Part shown: piece after piece, positions 26,550 through 40,505 of the stretch
Layout of the letters: each line of letters begins with the position of its first letter
Position numbering within the stretch: position 1 is the stretch's first letter
Assembly: GCF_018977255.1 (NCBI RefSeq)
Contig: NW_024704743.1
Span: 98,024,001 to 98,088,000, forward strand
Direction of reading: 5' to 3'
Source of the DNA: Callorhinchus milii
Taxonomy: Eukaryota
DNA length: 64,000 nucleotides
The notes under the pieces: generated by a model
What the model saw: the letters and a program-made list of their open reading frames with translations, nothing else
What the model was told of the DNA's origin: nothing
The model's database searches: none
Position numbers and translations under genes: made by a program

Positions 26550-27619
26550 TAAAAATGCTGTTGGCAGCCCTGGTCAAAGTCACCAATGACATTCTGAACA
26601 TCTGTGATCAGGGCTCCCTCTGCCTTCTTGTCCTCATCGACCTCTCTGCCGCCTTCGACACTGTCGACCACTCCATCCTCATACACCGCCTCTCCGCTTT
26701 ACTCAATCTTCACGGATCTGCCCTTGCCTGGTTCGATTCCTATCTCTCTCACCGACTCGACTTTGTTGCCTCCTCCAGCCCCCACACTGTCACATCTGGC
26801 GTCCCCCAGGGCTCTGTCCTTGGCCCTCTCCTCTTTAATATCTACATGTTACCCCCTGGTAACATCAACCTCCATGGTTGCACACTACAACTCACTAAGC
26901 CAGTCAGGAACCTAGGTGTCATGTTTGACCCTCAGCTGTCTTCTCCCCCACATTCAAGCCATGACCCGCTCTGCTTTCCCTCACCTCCGTAACATCGTCC
27001 AACTCCGCCACTACCTCACCCCTCAGGCCTGTGAAACTCTTGTTCACGCCTTCATCACGTCCAGGCTCGACTATGCAAATGCCCTGTTTGTCGGCCTTCC
27101 CAACTCCTTCCTTCACAGGCTGCAGATAATCCAGAACTCTGCAGCCCGTGTCCTCTCCCGCATCAAACTCAGTGATCCCATCTCCCCCACTCTCGCCCGA
27201 CTCCACTGGCTCCCTATCCTTCAGAGGATCCAGTTCAAGATCCTTGTCCTCACATACAAAGCCCTCCATGGCCTCGCCCCAACCTACCTCTGCGACCTCC
27301 TAACCCCCTACCAACCCGCTGATTCCCTCTGCTCAGCCGGCTCTGGCCTGCCCCACGTCCTCCGACCCACCTGTCCCACCATTGGCGGGAGAAACTTCAG
27401 CCACTCTGCCCCCAACCTCTGGAATTCCATCCCCCAGTCACTCTGCTTTGCCCCCCTCCTCATTCTCCTTCACATCCCGCCTCAAGACCCTCCTCTTCGA
27501 CCATGCCATCGGCCCCCTCCCCTCCTGACCTCAGCTCGGGTCTGAAATGCTATACTCTGTCCAGCACCTTGGGAGTCCTCCTGACGTGAAAGGCGCCATA
27601 CAAGTGTAATCTTGTTGTA
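26550..27619 (+). mobile_element. L2 LINE fragment inserted in the opposite orientation
   Basis: LIDLSAAFDTVDH, GVPQGSVLGPLLFNIY, RLDYANAL, LHWLP; internal deletion removes the YADD region; L2 terminus at ~27600. Confidence 0.9.
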
Positions 27620-28632
27620 CAGCGGGTCGGGTGGGAGATATGGAGCAGGCCAGAGCCTGCTGAACGGAGGGAGCGAGCAGGTTGTTAGGGAATCAGCAGG
27701 TTAGAGAGGTAGGAGGGGGCAAGGCCATGGATGGTCTTGAAAGTGAAGACGAGGATCTTGAATTCAATCCTCTGAGGGATGGGGAGCCAGTGGAGACGGG
27801 TGAGGGTGGGGTTGATGGGGTCATGGAGCCTGGTGCGGGAGAGGTCATGAGCTGCAGAGTTCTGGATGATCTGCAGCTTGTAGGGAAGAATTGTGGAGGC
27901 CGACAAAGAGGGAGTTTCCATAATTGAGCCTTGAGGTGACAAATGCATGAATGAGGGTTTCAGCGGCTTGAGGGGTGAGGCAGTGGCAGAGTCGGAAAAT
28001 GTTGCGGAGGTGGGGAAAGACAGAGCGGGTCATTGCACGGATATGGGGGAGAAAGGGCAGTTGAGGGTCGAAGGGCAGTTGAGGGTCCTGACTGGCTTGG
28101 TGAGGTGGAGTGTGCATCCATGGAGGCTGATGCTGCCGGTGCCTGAGGTGTGGAGCCGCTGGTGTGAGCCAATCAGGAGAGCCTCGGTTTTGCTGTCATT
28201 CAGCTGTAGAAAGTTGGCTCTCAACCAGGATTTGATGTCTGACAGACAGTCTGTCAGGATGTCAATTGTCCTGGAATCGAGGGTGGAGGCAGAGAGAGAG
28301 AGTTGGGTGTCATCCACGTACATGTAGAAGTTGACCCCATGTTTGCGGATGATGTCACCCAAGAGGGAGCTTGTAGAGGTTGAAGAGGAGGGGACCGAGG
28401 ACAAAACCCTGAGAAACACCAAAAAAGTTTGTGCAGAGGCTGGAAGGAAATCGTTGGCGGAGACAAATTGGAGACGGTGTAAAAGATAAGACCTGAACCA
28501 TTCAAGGACAGAACCTTGAAGGTTCAGGTGAGAGGAGGGGTAGTGGAGGAGGATGGTGTGGTCCACAGTATCGAAAGCAGCAGAGAGGTCGAGGAGGCAG
28601 AGAGAGACCTAGTCACAGATGGATAGGATGTC
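27620..28632 (-). mobile_element. L2 LINE RT region, continuation of the 26285-26549 element
   Basis: YVDDTQL, LSDIKSWL..NFLQLNDSKTE, LHWLPI; frameshifted. Confidence 0.88.
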
Positions 28633-29681
28633 CACTTTGGAACTTTATTAAATTAGAACATTATTAAAGTTTAAAATTATTAAACATTGTTAATAACCTA
28701 AATTATTAAAGGAGTTAGGAATTGTTGTTAATGATTAATCATAGCCTAATAAGTTTTTATTTCATTTTTGTATTTGAAGCCAATTGGTTCTTGTGTTACT
28801 ACCTATTTTTCTGTTTAAGGATGGATTAACATTTTAACATTGGATTAACACTTTGACTGATTAACTTCTAATTTCTTGTTTTTCCTTCTTATTTGACTTT
28901 TTTATGCTTTACTATTTTTGTTTGTTCATTCTCTCCTGCTTCTTTGAGTATATCCAATAAGAAGTTCCTTTTCTAAGCAGAAATACATGAAAGTAATGAA
29001 AGTGCCCAGAATTGATGCAGGTGGATGGATATAACTGCCTCTGCATTGTTTTCTTTATTAGGCAATGGAAATAACCATGTAACTTGCTGTGCATGATAAA
29101 GGGGCACTAAGTGTACTTGAGACGTCTCAAAGCCGTGATAAGACCTCTATATCAAATGCAAGGATTATTATTATATAAGTGTGTTTGAGTCATTATGATG
29201 ACCTGGAAGTCGGCCATTTTACTTTAGCTAAAAAAGGGGCTGACTAGGTGCATGTTTTATGCAACCATTTCACTTTCTTAATATTAGCGGCACTGCCTGT
29301 ACATGGCACAGGAAGTAACTTCCATGGCTATCTTACAATCCAGCAGTCAGCCATTGTTTTAACTAAAAATATTGCTATATATCAGGAAACAAAAGACAAA
29401 ATGAACTTCAACATTAAATATCAACCTTGCACCAGGGTTTTTAGTTCTTCAAAAAAAATCTATACCCAAAATATTACTGCATGTTTCATGATTATGATTG
29501 ATGTGTTTAGAAATCTATGGAATCTGGAATAGTGTGGCATTTTGGAACTTGCACAATCTGTTGTACAGTATATGTTCAGAGGATCAAATTGATGTGAAAT
29601 GTATTTTTTATGGTATTATGTGTGTATATTGTGAATGTAAATTTAACAACTAATTTTTAAAAAATGTTGCATCTCTTTCAG

Positions 29682-31513
29682 GTCTTGTACTGTCGTGTAT
29701 TGTCCTCGTCCTATCCCAGCGAGCACTGTTCAGGTTGTACACGTTTGGCTGTGTTGTTCTGGTGGCTGCATCTTCTGTCCTGGTGAACTACACCACATTG
29801 CACATAGAATTCTACAACGCCTACTACTCGGCAGTGTTTGGGGTACAGATGTTGCCACGCAATGGCCCCACATTGTGGATGGCACTTATTTCAATTCAGC
29901 TCACATTTGGTATTGGGTATGTGACATTACTCCAAATCTCATCAGTGTTTTCTGCATTAACCATATTGAGCTTCTTGCTGCCTGTGGTAGGCATGGCTTT
30001 GGAGATGCCAGAAGACATTCAGCATCTGCTAGTTGCCTCTTCAGCTATGTATATAACAGCACAGACTTTGTTTTATGTAACTGTGAATTTAAAATGGTTT
30101 TATTATACAACGAGGTATGTTTTTTTGTTGGTACGACACATGTATCGCACATATGGATTACAGGTTATTGTGGAGGATACGTGGAAGAGGATTCGTTTCC
30201 CTGATGTACTGCGGGTTTTCTGGTTGACTAGGCTAATGGCACAAGCCATTATTTTAGTTTACGTTGTCAAAATAACAAGAAGCGACTCTGAGAACAAATA
30301 TTTTATTTCCTGGAGTGATGGCTGGGAGGTGGTCTGCAATCTCATAATAAGTGGTTGTGATTCAACATTGACTGTCTTGGGCATGAGTGCAGTCATCTCC
30401 TCTCTAGCGCACTATTTAGGACTTGGAATCCTAGCCTTCATAGGGTCCACCGAGGAAGAAGATAAGCGCCTCGGCTTTGTCGCCCCTGTTTTATTTTTCA
30501 TTTTGGCTCTTCAGACGGGTTTAAGTGGATTGGAGCCTGAAGAGAGACTCATCCGCTTGAGCCGAAATATGTGCCTTCTGCTAACTGCAATCCTGCACTT
30601 CATCCATGGAATGACGGACCCTGTGCTGATGTCACTTAGTGCCTCCCATGTTTCCTCCTTCAGAAGACATTTGCCTGTCCTTGTGGTTTCTATTAGCCTT
30701 TTCATTCTTCCAATTATACTCAGCTACACTCTGTGGCGGGTCCACACGCTGAACACTTGGCTGTTTGCAGTCACGGCCTTCTGTGTTGAATTGTGCTTAA
30801 AAGTAATCGTCTCCCTAACAGTGTACACTCTGTTCATCGTCGATGGATACTACAATGTATTATGGGAAAAGCTAGACGATTACATTTACTACGTTCGCTC
30901 GACAGGCAATGTTATTGAGTTCATTTTTGGAGTGATAATGTTTGGAAATGGAGCTTACACAATGATGTTTGAATCGGGTAGTAAAATCCGTGCCTGTATG
31001 ATGTGCTTACATGCTTACTTTAACATTTATTTGCAAGCTAAAAATGGATGGAAAACCTTTATAAACCGCAGGACTGCAGTTAAGAAAATAAACTCCCTCC
31101 CAGAGGTCACAGGCAGCAGGTTGCGCGATATAGATGACGTGTGCGCAATTTGCTACCAGGAGTTCACCACATCAGCACGCATCACTCCTTGCAATCACTA
31201 CTTCCACGCTCTCTGCCTCCGCAAGTGGTTATACATTCAGGACACATGTCCCATGTGCCATCAAGGAGTGTATATCGAGGAGAACCAGAGGGAAACCATG
31301 GCATTTGCCAACAACAATGGAAATGTTCCCCAGCAACAGCAAGAGGTGGAGGATTTAGTGGCTGTGGCTGCTGAAGCAGCTGAGCCCAACAGTAATCTCA
31401 ATGAGGACAATGACAGCATCGAGTATGATGAAGAAGAGTGGGTGACCCAGAACAACAATGCAGGAGCAGAGGATGAATACCTCGATGATGACACAGATGC
31501 AAGTGAGGAGTGA
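29682..31513 (+). CDS. RNF139: RNF139/TRC8 coding exon 2: multi-pass membrane region, RING-H2, acidic tail
   Basis: CAG acceptor at 29679-29681; RING-H2 CAICYQEF...PCNHYFHALCLRKWLYIQDTCPMC; joined CDS is 1995 nt (664 aa); two-exon structure as in RNF139. Confidence 0.97.
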
Positions 31514-31863
31514 GCCTGTTGATTATACAGAACTGTCAAAGCTTTTTTTAAAAGAAAAAAAACTTATAAATTGACTGCCAAAATCAACAATCAAACATCA
31601 GGGAAGACGGTGATTATTTTTCTTTTGCTTGGGTGATTATTCAGTTACCTGTCAGACCAGTGATCAGAAAGGGGTAGAGAATGAAAGACTGCATTCCACT
31701 TAGTGCTGGGATGTACAGTAAGCACAACAGCTGTTAAGGCACTGGATAAGGACAAGTAATGGATTTCAATCTCACTTATTTATTGTAATAGCTGTTGTAC
31801 TGTTTACCTCTGAAAACTGCTGGCCTCCTGTGCGACCTTAAAATTTGTGTATACTGTACATGA

Positions 31864-31869
31864 AATAAA
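31864..31869 (+). terminator. Candidate proximal RNF139 poly(A) signal
   Basis: AATAAA preceded by TGTA elements. Confidence 0.5.
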
Positions 31870-34511
31870 AAATTTGACTTACATAAAATTCTTAGGTGTT
31901 TTTATAATGGAGACTGCTGGGTACATTTGATATAAAAATATGTAAAAAGAAAATTGTTAAATTATACATGATAGACCAATACTGGTATGTGATGGGGGGG
32001 GGGGGGGGGGGTTGGAGGAACAGAAAGAATAGATCTGTCGGTATTTGTTTTCGCCCTTTTTCCTGGAGGGAAAAATAGTTTTACAAGCAGCTCTCTTGTA
32101 CATGTGCAAGGGACCATTCTTGTGTGTGAGCCTAGGCAGCAAATGCTAGTGTGCTGGTTGACTAGAGCTTGCTCAGTGCCCCTAATGTTTTCAGCAGGAA
32201 TTTGTTGAGTGTTAGGAACAGATTTTTCCTATCCCAATGATACAGGCTTATTGTGGCCTTGTTCAATATACCACACTGTGTTTACCCACTGATTTTTTGG
32301 GTAGCTCAATTCTCCATTTCAGAAAATCCAAAGGTTGAAAAGAACTGTGGTGTTCACATTCTACTAGTTTTTTTTAAAAAAAACTATTTTTTGTGTTTTT
32401 AATATAAATTGTATTTTCTTACCTTCTGTATGCAAAACTATCCCCAACCAAGAGCAGACTGCAGCTGTGTAACAGTCACATCTCTATAAGAAAGAGTTGC
32501 CAAGGTGTGTGAAAGGTGATATCAGCATTCCTTCTTTGAATATATTTTTAAATCAAGGAAAAGGATAAGTTAAGTTCACTGCTTTTTTTCGAAATGGGTA
32601 ATGATGGTGATTCCCTCCAATTAACCTGGGAACAATTATGCGGTATTATAGTTTCTCAAAAGTATGCCTCTTCCTCAGACTCAGTCGTGGTAGAAGCAGA
32701 GGAACACCAAACCTTCTATCCCAATGACATTACACATTATCCTCTATCTCTTATGAGCTCCCGTCAATAATTTGAAAATGTCTTGCGGTATTTTTAGCAT
32801 GTTTATAAAGTAACAACTTTTTTCTAAACTGAGCATTCCAAAAAATGTATCTACAGCTGTATATTGTTGGAGGAGTGGGGTAAGAGAAGAAACTGGAGCA
32901 CTTTGAACATATGCACTTTCTTCCCGTCGCCCCCCCCCCCCCCCCCCCACCCTGCAATTAAGATGTACCTGAGTCACAGTTCCTGAGATAAGGAACCAGT
33001 GTTTTTGCTGAACAGTTTTACTGAATACTTTCAGTGCCAAAATAGACTTGTTTAGAAAGTTAGCAATAGCGTAATGCCCTTTCACTAGGTGAGCATGCTC
33101 TTTCACAAGGTTACCAAAACTTTGGTTTTGCTGAATAATAAAACAAAATGTTCTGATCAAAGCAAGTGTTAATGAATTAAGCCAAAGGAGAATGAACTTG
33201 CTTGCAGAGCTGCAGTAGCTAATGTGTTAAATAAACAATTAAAAAAACAGTTGTTTTAAAAAGCTAAGTTTGCACTGAAAAGAACTGTAACCATTTGCAC
33301 TTCGTATGAAGCTGTTTTAAATAGCATCAAACAAATTGTCATTTTGAAGAGATGGAATAGTGAGCGTTGCTTTATCACCCTTCATGCCTATTAACTACAA
33401 TAAAATCTCATCTTGTGGACACCTCAATAATGTTGACTACTTGCTATACAAGTTATGTTTTCAGTATTTTTCCTGTTTGAAACCGTGAGCAAAATTACAA
33501 ACTCGCCTACGAGTCCAAGATAAACCACGTTTTTGACTGCCCTTCACAGTGTAGGAAGTTTGGATAGCTGACCAAATATATATTTTAGCAGGTGAAGAAT
33601 AGCTAATCATACGTGTACTCCAGGAAAGAACAGATTAAGAAAGGTTTCAAAAGAGGATAAGAGAGAAAAGAAATAGATACCACAGTATAAGAACATAGAA
33701 AGGGAATGGAGCAAGAATGAAAATAGTAGTTGGGACAAAATATCAGGTTTACAGAAGTTGCCTGTTATCTTTCTAAACTGGTAGTTTCTTAGGCTCACAT
33801 TGCCTGATCAACTATTTAGACCTACTTGATTTAATTGTAACCAGATTGTCCTGGGCATAACTACAGTACATAGGTTGCTGTGGATGATATAAATGTAACA
33901 TGGTACTGTACATATGTGTATGAAATAACTTTGCTAAAGTTGTAAATATATATTGCAGAAATAAATTCATATATTGTACAACTGATAAACAAAGTAGTTT
34001 TTTTTACAAATGACACTTAATTTGTGTGAGTGGCTATTGCATTGTATTGAACTGAATGGAGAAAAATAGTATTGTACTTGGAACAAGTTGCAAAACTATT
34101 TTAACACTGAAGTCAAATTGATTTGTAGCACTCCATGTGTGTAATTTGCTTATGTTAGTTTTTATGCAAAATTAAGTATAAAAATTTGAATTAACTTGTT
34201 TGAATGAGGTGTTTTTCTTGCTGTTTGAATAAATGGTGCCCCACTGTATATATTTTTCTTCCGAGTACTGTAGGTTCTCACTTTAGCTGCCCACCCCCAT
34301 TACAAGGTTCTCTGATTTGTGATTGTGTTGTGTAACATGCTCCTGGGGAAGATCTGTGCTGCCAATACAGCTAACCCAAATCTCCTTGTGCTTAAGATCA
34401 GTCTACTTGATGAACCAGGCAGACACATTTCTTTTCATTCCTACTAATGTTTCTGTTGATCTGTCCATATAAAGTACAGACTTGGTTGCTCATATGTGCC
34501 TACCACAAAGT

Positions 34512-35200
34512 CCTTGAGTGTATTGGTTAGAGCACCTGCCTCACAAGTGAGAGGACCTAAGTTTGATTCCCATTCAGGATGAAACCTTAGGCAAGTTTCC
34601 TTACTCTACCAGCCTGTTTACTGAGCAGCAACTAGGAACCTGGTTGTTAGTTTAGATAGATAGTTTTTCCGGAGATAATAATCCCTCAAAAACAACTCAA
34701 TTGGTCACTCAATCCACAACTGTTTGTGGGACACTGCTGTGTGCAATTGACCTGCTGTGTTTCACCCACAAAATATAGTCAATTCATTTTACACTTTAGT
34801 ATATTTACTCCCTGGCACCTTCTGACCTCACTCCCCAATCCACTACCTGGCGCCTCCTCTCGACTGGCACCGGCCTCCTGCTAGTCCCTTGTACCCTCCG
34901 TCCCACCATCGGAGGTCGTACTTTCAGGCATCACGCCAGAAAACTCTGGAATACTCTCCCTCAATCCCTCTGCCTTGCCCTCTCTCCCCTTTTTCAAGTC
35001 CCACCTGAAAACCTTCCTTTTTGACCATGCTTATGGTCGCCTCCTTGACTTGGAGTCAGCTCTGCCACTGTTAAGTGCTCTTGAGATGATAACCTGCTTG
35101 GAGGCGCTATCTAAGTGCAAGTTGTCGTTATTCTGTGAAGCACTTTGAGATGTCTCGCTGATGTAATAAAGTGCAATATCAAATGCAAGGATTATTATCA
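34512..35200 (+). mobile_element. tRNA-SINE interrupted by an L2 3' fragment (~34806-35129)
   Basis: SINE head and body run to ...AGTATATT, then C-rich L2 sequence ending AAGTGCAAGTTGTCGTT, then the SINE resumes at ATTCTGTGAAGC. Confidence 0.8.
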
Positions 35201-36465
35201 TAGGCCTTTGGGGGGATACGTGCCCTGGTTCAGTACCATTTCATGAATATAATGGTTGAAAGTAAAGAAGTAGAGATTTCTGTGTTTTAGGAATGAACTG
35301 AAAGGATTTTGTACAAACTTATTTTGCTTGGATTAATACACATTTATAAAAAATTATCCAATATGAAGAGTAAGTGCAAATTCAGTCTTATGTACACCAA
35401 AACTTTCTTGGCCAAATATAAACTTGTGACCTAAAGTGTCTTAATATCCTCATTCCAACTTTAGTTTTGATGTTTTGAAGAGCTATAGTATAATGCTTTT
35501 GTGGATGGCATGTATTTTAAGCAGGTTTAATAATTAAGGACACCTAAGACTTCTTTCAGACAAATGAGTATCAATTGATACTAATTTATTAATCTTTTCC
35601 CATAAATGTTAATTCCAGGAGTCATAAGTTCCAATGCTTGATCATTAACAATGACTATGTACAACATACCTAATACATTGATCTGTATTGCCTCAAACCA
35701 CTCGTATTTTGATACTCTAACGGGCAACACCAGAAGCTAATATAGGAACTTCACCATTACACAGAGATATGCAAAGGCTTAAATTACACAGGCTTACCAT
35801 GAGGCACTAGCAGACATCTTAAAATGCATGTGCTAACAATCCTGTACATGCTAAGAACAATGAATGAGGATGCAATAATAAGGCGATGTGATTCATCATG
35901 AATTTTTGGCTGTGCTACGTATGTAGACTCTGCCCCAAACCAAACGGACCACTGTAATACATCCAATGTCTGCTACTATTTGTATAATGAGCTCTGGATA
36001 TCTAAGTGATCAATATTGACCACTGGACCAAATATCAACTGAATTATATTCCAATAATAGTTTAACACATTGAGATACATACATAATGTGCATTAGGGAT
36101 CTGCCTTCTAGTACAAATCCTAAAATGTATTGAAAATGACTGACATTGTATAATTTATTGGATCTCTTACTGTACATATGCACCTTAACTAGATAGGAAG
36201 GGACCAGAAAGAAACCCATCATTCATACATTAAAGGTAGTCTTTCCTCATTTGCAAAATATTTCCACTTTGAGCAGCATATGTGTGAATTGTATGTGTTA
36301 ATTGACGTTATAGCAGCCTGTCCTTTGCTTCCAGCTTGAATTCATTCCTAGGGAGAACCCAATGCAGAATGAACTGTGGTATGAGAATGGTACCTTTAAA
36401 CATACTGCCAGCTGCACTGACATTGGGTTTTTAAAACCATTTAATAGGATTGATGCACTTGCTGA

Positions 36466-36568
36466 TCAGCTGTTGGGAAAGAAGACCTTTACAGTATTGT
36501 TGTACAAAGTGTTGCCCAGTTCACGTGCATCCTCTTCCCGCACTGCAGCCATGATCTCCAATATTTGA
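36466..36568 (-). CDS. TATDN1: TATDN1 exon 12 (last)
   Basis: (I)[36 protein letters not shown] acceptor; TGA at 36468-36466. Confidence 0.93.
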
Positions 36569-39129
36569 CTGTTAAAGAGTGAAGATTAAAAGAATTAATT
36601 TCACTACATGTCTTGGGTTTAGCCACAAATGTTCTGCATGAAGCATTATCACCTTCCTCTAGTGCACTTTATACAGAGAACATGGTATCTACTACAAATG
36701 TTGGTGGGGCTGTTGCTGCTGAAGGTCAGTGTATTTTGCTTAGATATGGTGCACACAACAGCAGTGGCAGCTTTTGAGAAAATGTTGCATTACGTAACAG
36801 AATTGTAACTCCTTTGCAATGAGAGGAAGAGATCCTTGCTTCAGTAGCTGTTTCCCTATCCAAGTGCTTGGCGTTTCAATTCTCCATTGTATCCAGAGAT
36901 GGTCTTATGATTTATAGGGGTAACCCACATGTATCTTGAAGCATTTCAATCAATTCATCAATAAAGCAGCAGATCCCTCAGGTCAGAGTGGGGCTAAACA
37001 AGAGTCCCCAAGCTTAGTACACTGAATTGAGGTGCTTATAGAAAATGTCAGACCAGACGCAAGTAGACTTGCAGTGGTGGGCTTGAAAACACTCTTAAGA
37101 CATTTTGCTCATTTCTAAATTAAAATACTTGAGTACATTTGACTGAAAGTCGTTGATTTGTACTTATTTTAACCAACAGAGGGGAATGAGTTTGTCTCCA
37201 TAAAATTAAAAGCACCATTAAAAATAGATGCATCACCTTGAGATCGATCCTGTAAACTGATATTTTCCTATACTGCCTGATCTGTAGTCAGGCCAAACTA
37301 GAGACAGCAGGAAGCTGGTGATGTCGTTTTCAAAGTCAAGTTAGTCCAAAAGATGCCATGGAGATTTACTGCATAATGCCCTTTATACAATACAAATTTA
37401 CAATTATATAGCACCTTTTACGTCAGGTGGATGTCCCAAGGTGCTTAACAGCACCGAAACTGGAGGTGGGAGGGAAAAAGTGAATGAAAGTGCAATCAAA
37501 GAGATGGGTCCTGAGACGGATCTTAAAGTTTTTACAGTGGGGAGTGAGAAGCGTTTTGCAGGCATTCTTGCTTGTCAAAACTGCCTCTGCTGAAAAAAGT
37601 GGCAAGATTAATATGACCGTAGAATGATGAATTTTATTTGTGTGTAAGTTTAAACTTGGGAGTGAGTCAGCAAAAAATCTTTAAAAAAAAATAAAACTCT
37701 TCACTTTTAAGCTAGATCAGCACAGTCGATTTAACAAAATGAGGGATATTTTCACTGAACGTAAACCATCGTTCTCGTTGACTACAAATCAATAATAGGG
37801 TACGAAAATAATAGGAACCATATTTCAATATGAAGACTGGCTGTAATGAGTTTTATGACAAGTTTTGTATAAGAAAAACAAAATGAAAACATGCACTGTG
37901 AACAATAGCAGGGAAATGGGGCTTTGCTGTAACTTGTAAAAATGTTTTGTTAAAACTTGTGTAATATGATTGAAATGTATGAATTGCCCAGATTGCTTTT
38001 TAGGGCTCTTTGTGTAAAACTTGTAGTGTTTAACTTGATGTTAAAATATCACCATAATTGATATTTGTGTGAAATTAATATTGCAAAATTCACATTACAG
38101 TATAACTGCTGCTGCATTTCAACCACAAAATACACAGTCAATCCACTTTACAGTATAACCTGTGAAGCACTTTGAGATGTTTGTCATGATAAGGCCCTAT
38201 GTCAAATGTAAGGATTGTAAATGGGCACTAGGAGAAAACACTTTTTTCCTCTCCTGATCAGTTGGCATTTGAACTCAGGCAAAAATATTGTTAGAAGATG
38301 ATCTAATGTTTTAAAATGAAAGAAAGGAAAGTAATAACTTGGATGTGCAGACATATCTTGTCAAAACCAGGAAAGATGATCTGAGTAGGCACCAAAGTAT
38401 CTATGAACCAAGATTACCTTCAGAAAAAGTCTTAATGTTTTAGAATAACTTGTAGAATAGACTGTCACTGAATCTGGCTTGATTTGAAGCAATAAAAAAG
38501 GGAACAGATCATTTCCTAATTCAGCAGCCGTGGAGGAACTGGAGCTTTTATTAGGGGAGGGGAGTAAAACCTGGCCAAATTGAGCACTAAATTAGGATGT
38601 GAAATGAAAGAATGGACTGAATACCTTTCTCTCAAAGCTGTTCTTTATTAATTTAGTATCTCAATTAAGTTTCCTAATGAAATTATATGAGGACAGTCCC
38701 AGCAAAAATCTCAAGGGCTAATTATGTCAGAGATGCACTAAAATCTCAGCCAGCCAGACCAATTGGGGGGTGGGAGCTGGAGTTTCTGGTTGATATTATA
38801 TCAGAAATATACTATTTCTGATGATTACTATATTCAGCAATTACAATACTGATATCAGTAATTTTCCATGCCAAAAATGCCAGGAATTGTTTGACCCAAA
38901 GATAGCGAATAAGCAATTCAAACAATCAAAGTTAATAGTCCTAATCACTGAATGACAGCAAGGACTGTGAGGCGGGGGTGATCATTAGGAGAGTGACCAG
39001 CAGGAGTCTACACAGAACACAGATTTTTTTTATTATTTAATTCTGTTTCAGGCTCAGTCCAGCTATGTACAAATTCTGGATACATGGAGTCTGGTAAGTC
39101 ACTATATTGTGCTCAGAAAAATTACTTAC

Positions 39130-39256
39130 ATAATATGGCATGGCTCATTCCTGTCCTTCAGGCAGTATTCCTTTTCCCATTTCTTTTTGGTAGGAAAGGT
39201 TGTTTTCACAAACTTTGCTCCCGCGTGAGTGTTTTTTACTCCACACCATGGTGCAT
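39130..39256 (-). CDS. TATDN1: TATDN1 exon 11
   Basis: (D)[49 protein letters not shown]; 127 nt. Confidence 0.95.
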
Positions 39257-39329
39257 CTGATGAAAGAAATACAGTAATTGTATGACTGGATTCTAATTTA
39301 CACAGCTGAAACCAGACAGCCATCTAGTC

Positions 39330-39530
39330 ACAGAATCATACAGCACAGAAGGAGGCCATTCAGCCCATCGTGTCTGTACCGGCTCTTTGAAAAGAGCTAT
39401 CCAAATCAATTCCACTCTCATGCTTTCTCCCCATAGCCCTGCAAACTTCTTGTCCCCAAATAATTATCTACTTCCCTCTTAAAAGTTGTTATTGAATCGG
39501 CTTCCACCACCCCTTCAGGCAATGCCTGAT
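39330..39530 (-). mobile_element. CR1 LINE 3' end
   Basis: CATACAGCACAGAAGGAGGCCATTCAGCCCATCG...AATTATCTACTTCCCTCTTAAA is the reverse complement of a typical CR1 terminus. Confidence 0.65.
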
Positions 39531-39959
39531 GTTAAAGTCTTACGTATTCTCATCTCGACTGTGATAAAACACTTGATATTATGTTAACCGCCTGGAATTT
39601 CTTGAAAAATCGGCAGAAGTATTAGCAGTCTCCATGATCTCTGGGAAATGGTGGTCCTGAATCAACTCCAGATTGATTTAATTTAAATCTTCCTCTGACA
39701 AAGTTAGAGAAGTTTTTTTCACTAATTCCAGTAAAAACTTGGTTGAGACTGGCCAAACTCATTTTACATAGTACCATTGCAGCCAGCAAACAAACCAGAC
39801 TTCAACCATCAGAAAGAAGTCTTTAAGTACAGTAGGATAACATTGCAGTTGGGTCACCATAAAACAAATGACTGGAATCTGAATTTTAGCCACCCTGCTG
39901 TATAGGATAACCTGATTCATAACTGGAATGAATCCTTGATATGAACATCTTTCTCAAAG

Positions 39960-40325
39960 TTACCTGTTGCAGAATATACTGGATTGACTACTTTTTGGGC
40001 AAACTCGGCAGCCAGTTGCACACAGCAATGCCCCCAAAACAGCCATGGAGTAAGTGACAATTGTATTTGGGGGATTTGTTGGCCAGGTCACCAGGGGAAA
40101 CTCCCTTCTATTTTTGAATAGTCCCATGGGATCTTTAACATCCATCTGAACAGATAAATGTGACCTTGGTTTAACTTTTCATCCAAAGGTCGACATATCC
40201 GACGATGTAACAACCCCCCCCCCCAACCCCCAGCACTGCTTTGGGGCGTCTGCTTAGACTATGTGATAACAAGTCTTGATATGGGGCTTGATCCCACAAC
40301 CTCCTGACTCAGGAGCGAGAAGCGA
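39960..40325 (-). mobile_element. Deu-domain SINE
   Basis: CCCATGGGATCTTTAACATCCATCTGAACAG core and tRNA-like head CCCACAACCTCCTGACTCAG. Confidence 0.7.
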
Positions 40326-40505
40326 AATAATTCTTCCTCCAATTAAACTTGCCTTAGAGGCGAACTCAGCACTTCAGTTATATCTTTTTTTAAACAAAGG
40401 ATTTCAAAACAATGTTCTAAAGCAACATTTAAACAGAATCATAAAAAAAACTGATATACATTACACTACATTCCAATATCAATATTGCTGTTGATAAAAA
40501 CTTAC

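Noticed and set aside
26498..28566. Reverse-transcriptase ORFs as an active element or retron-like system
   Set aside because: They are truncated, frameshifted L2 LINE fragments with no endonuclease domain or ORF1.
29735..31513. 592-aa single-exon gene starting at 29735
   Set aside because: The listed start is an internal TTG; the reading frame enters by splicing at 29682 from exon 1.
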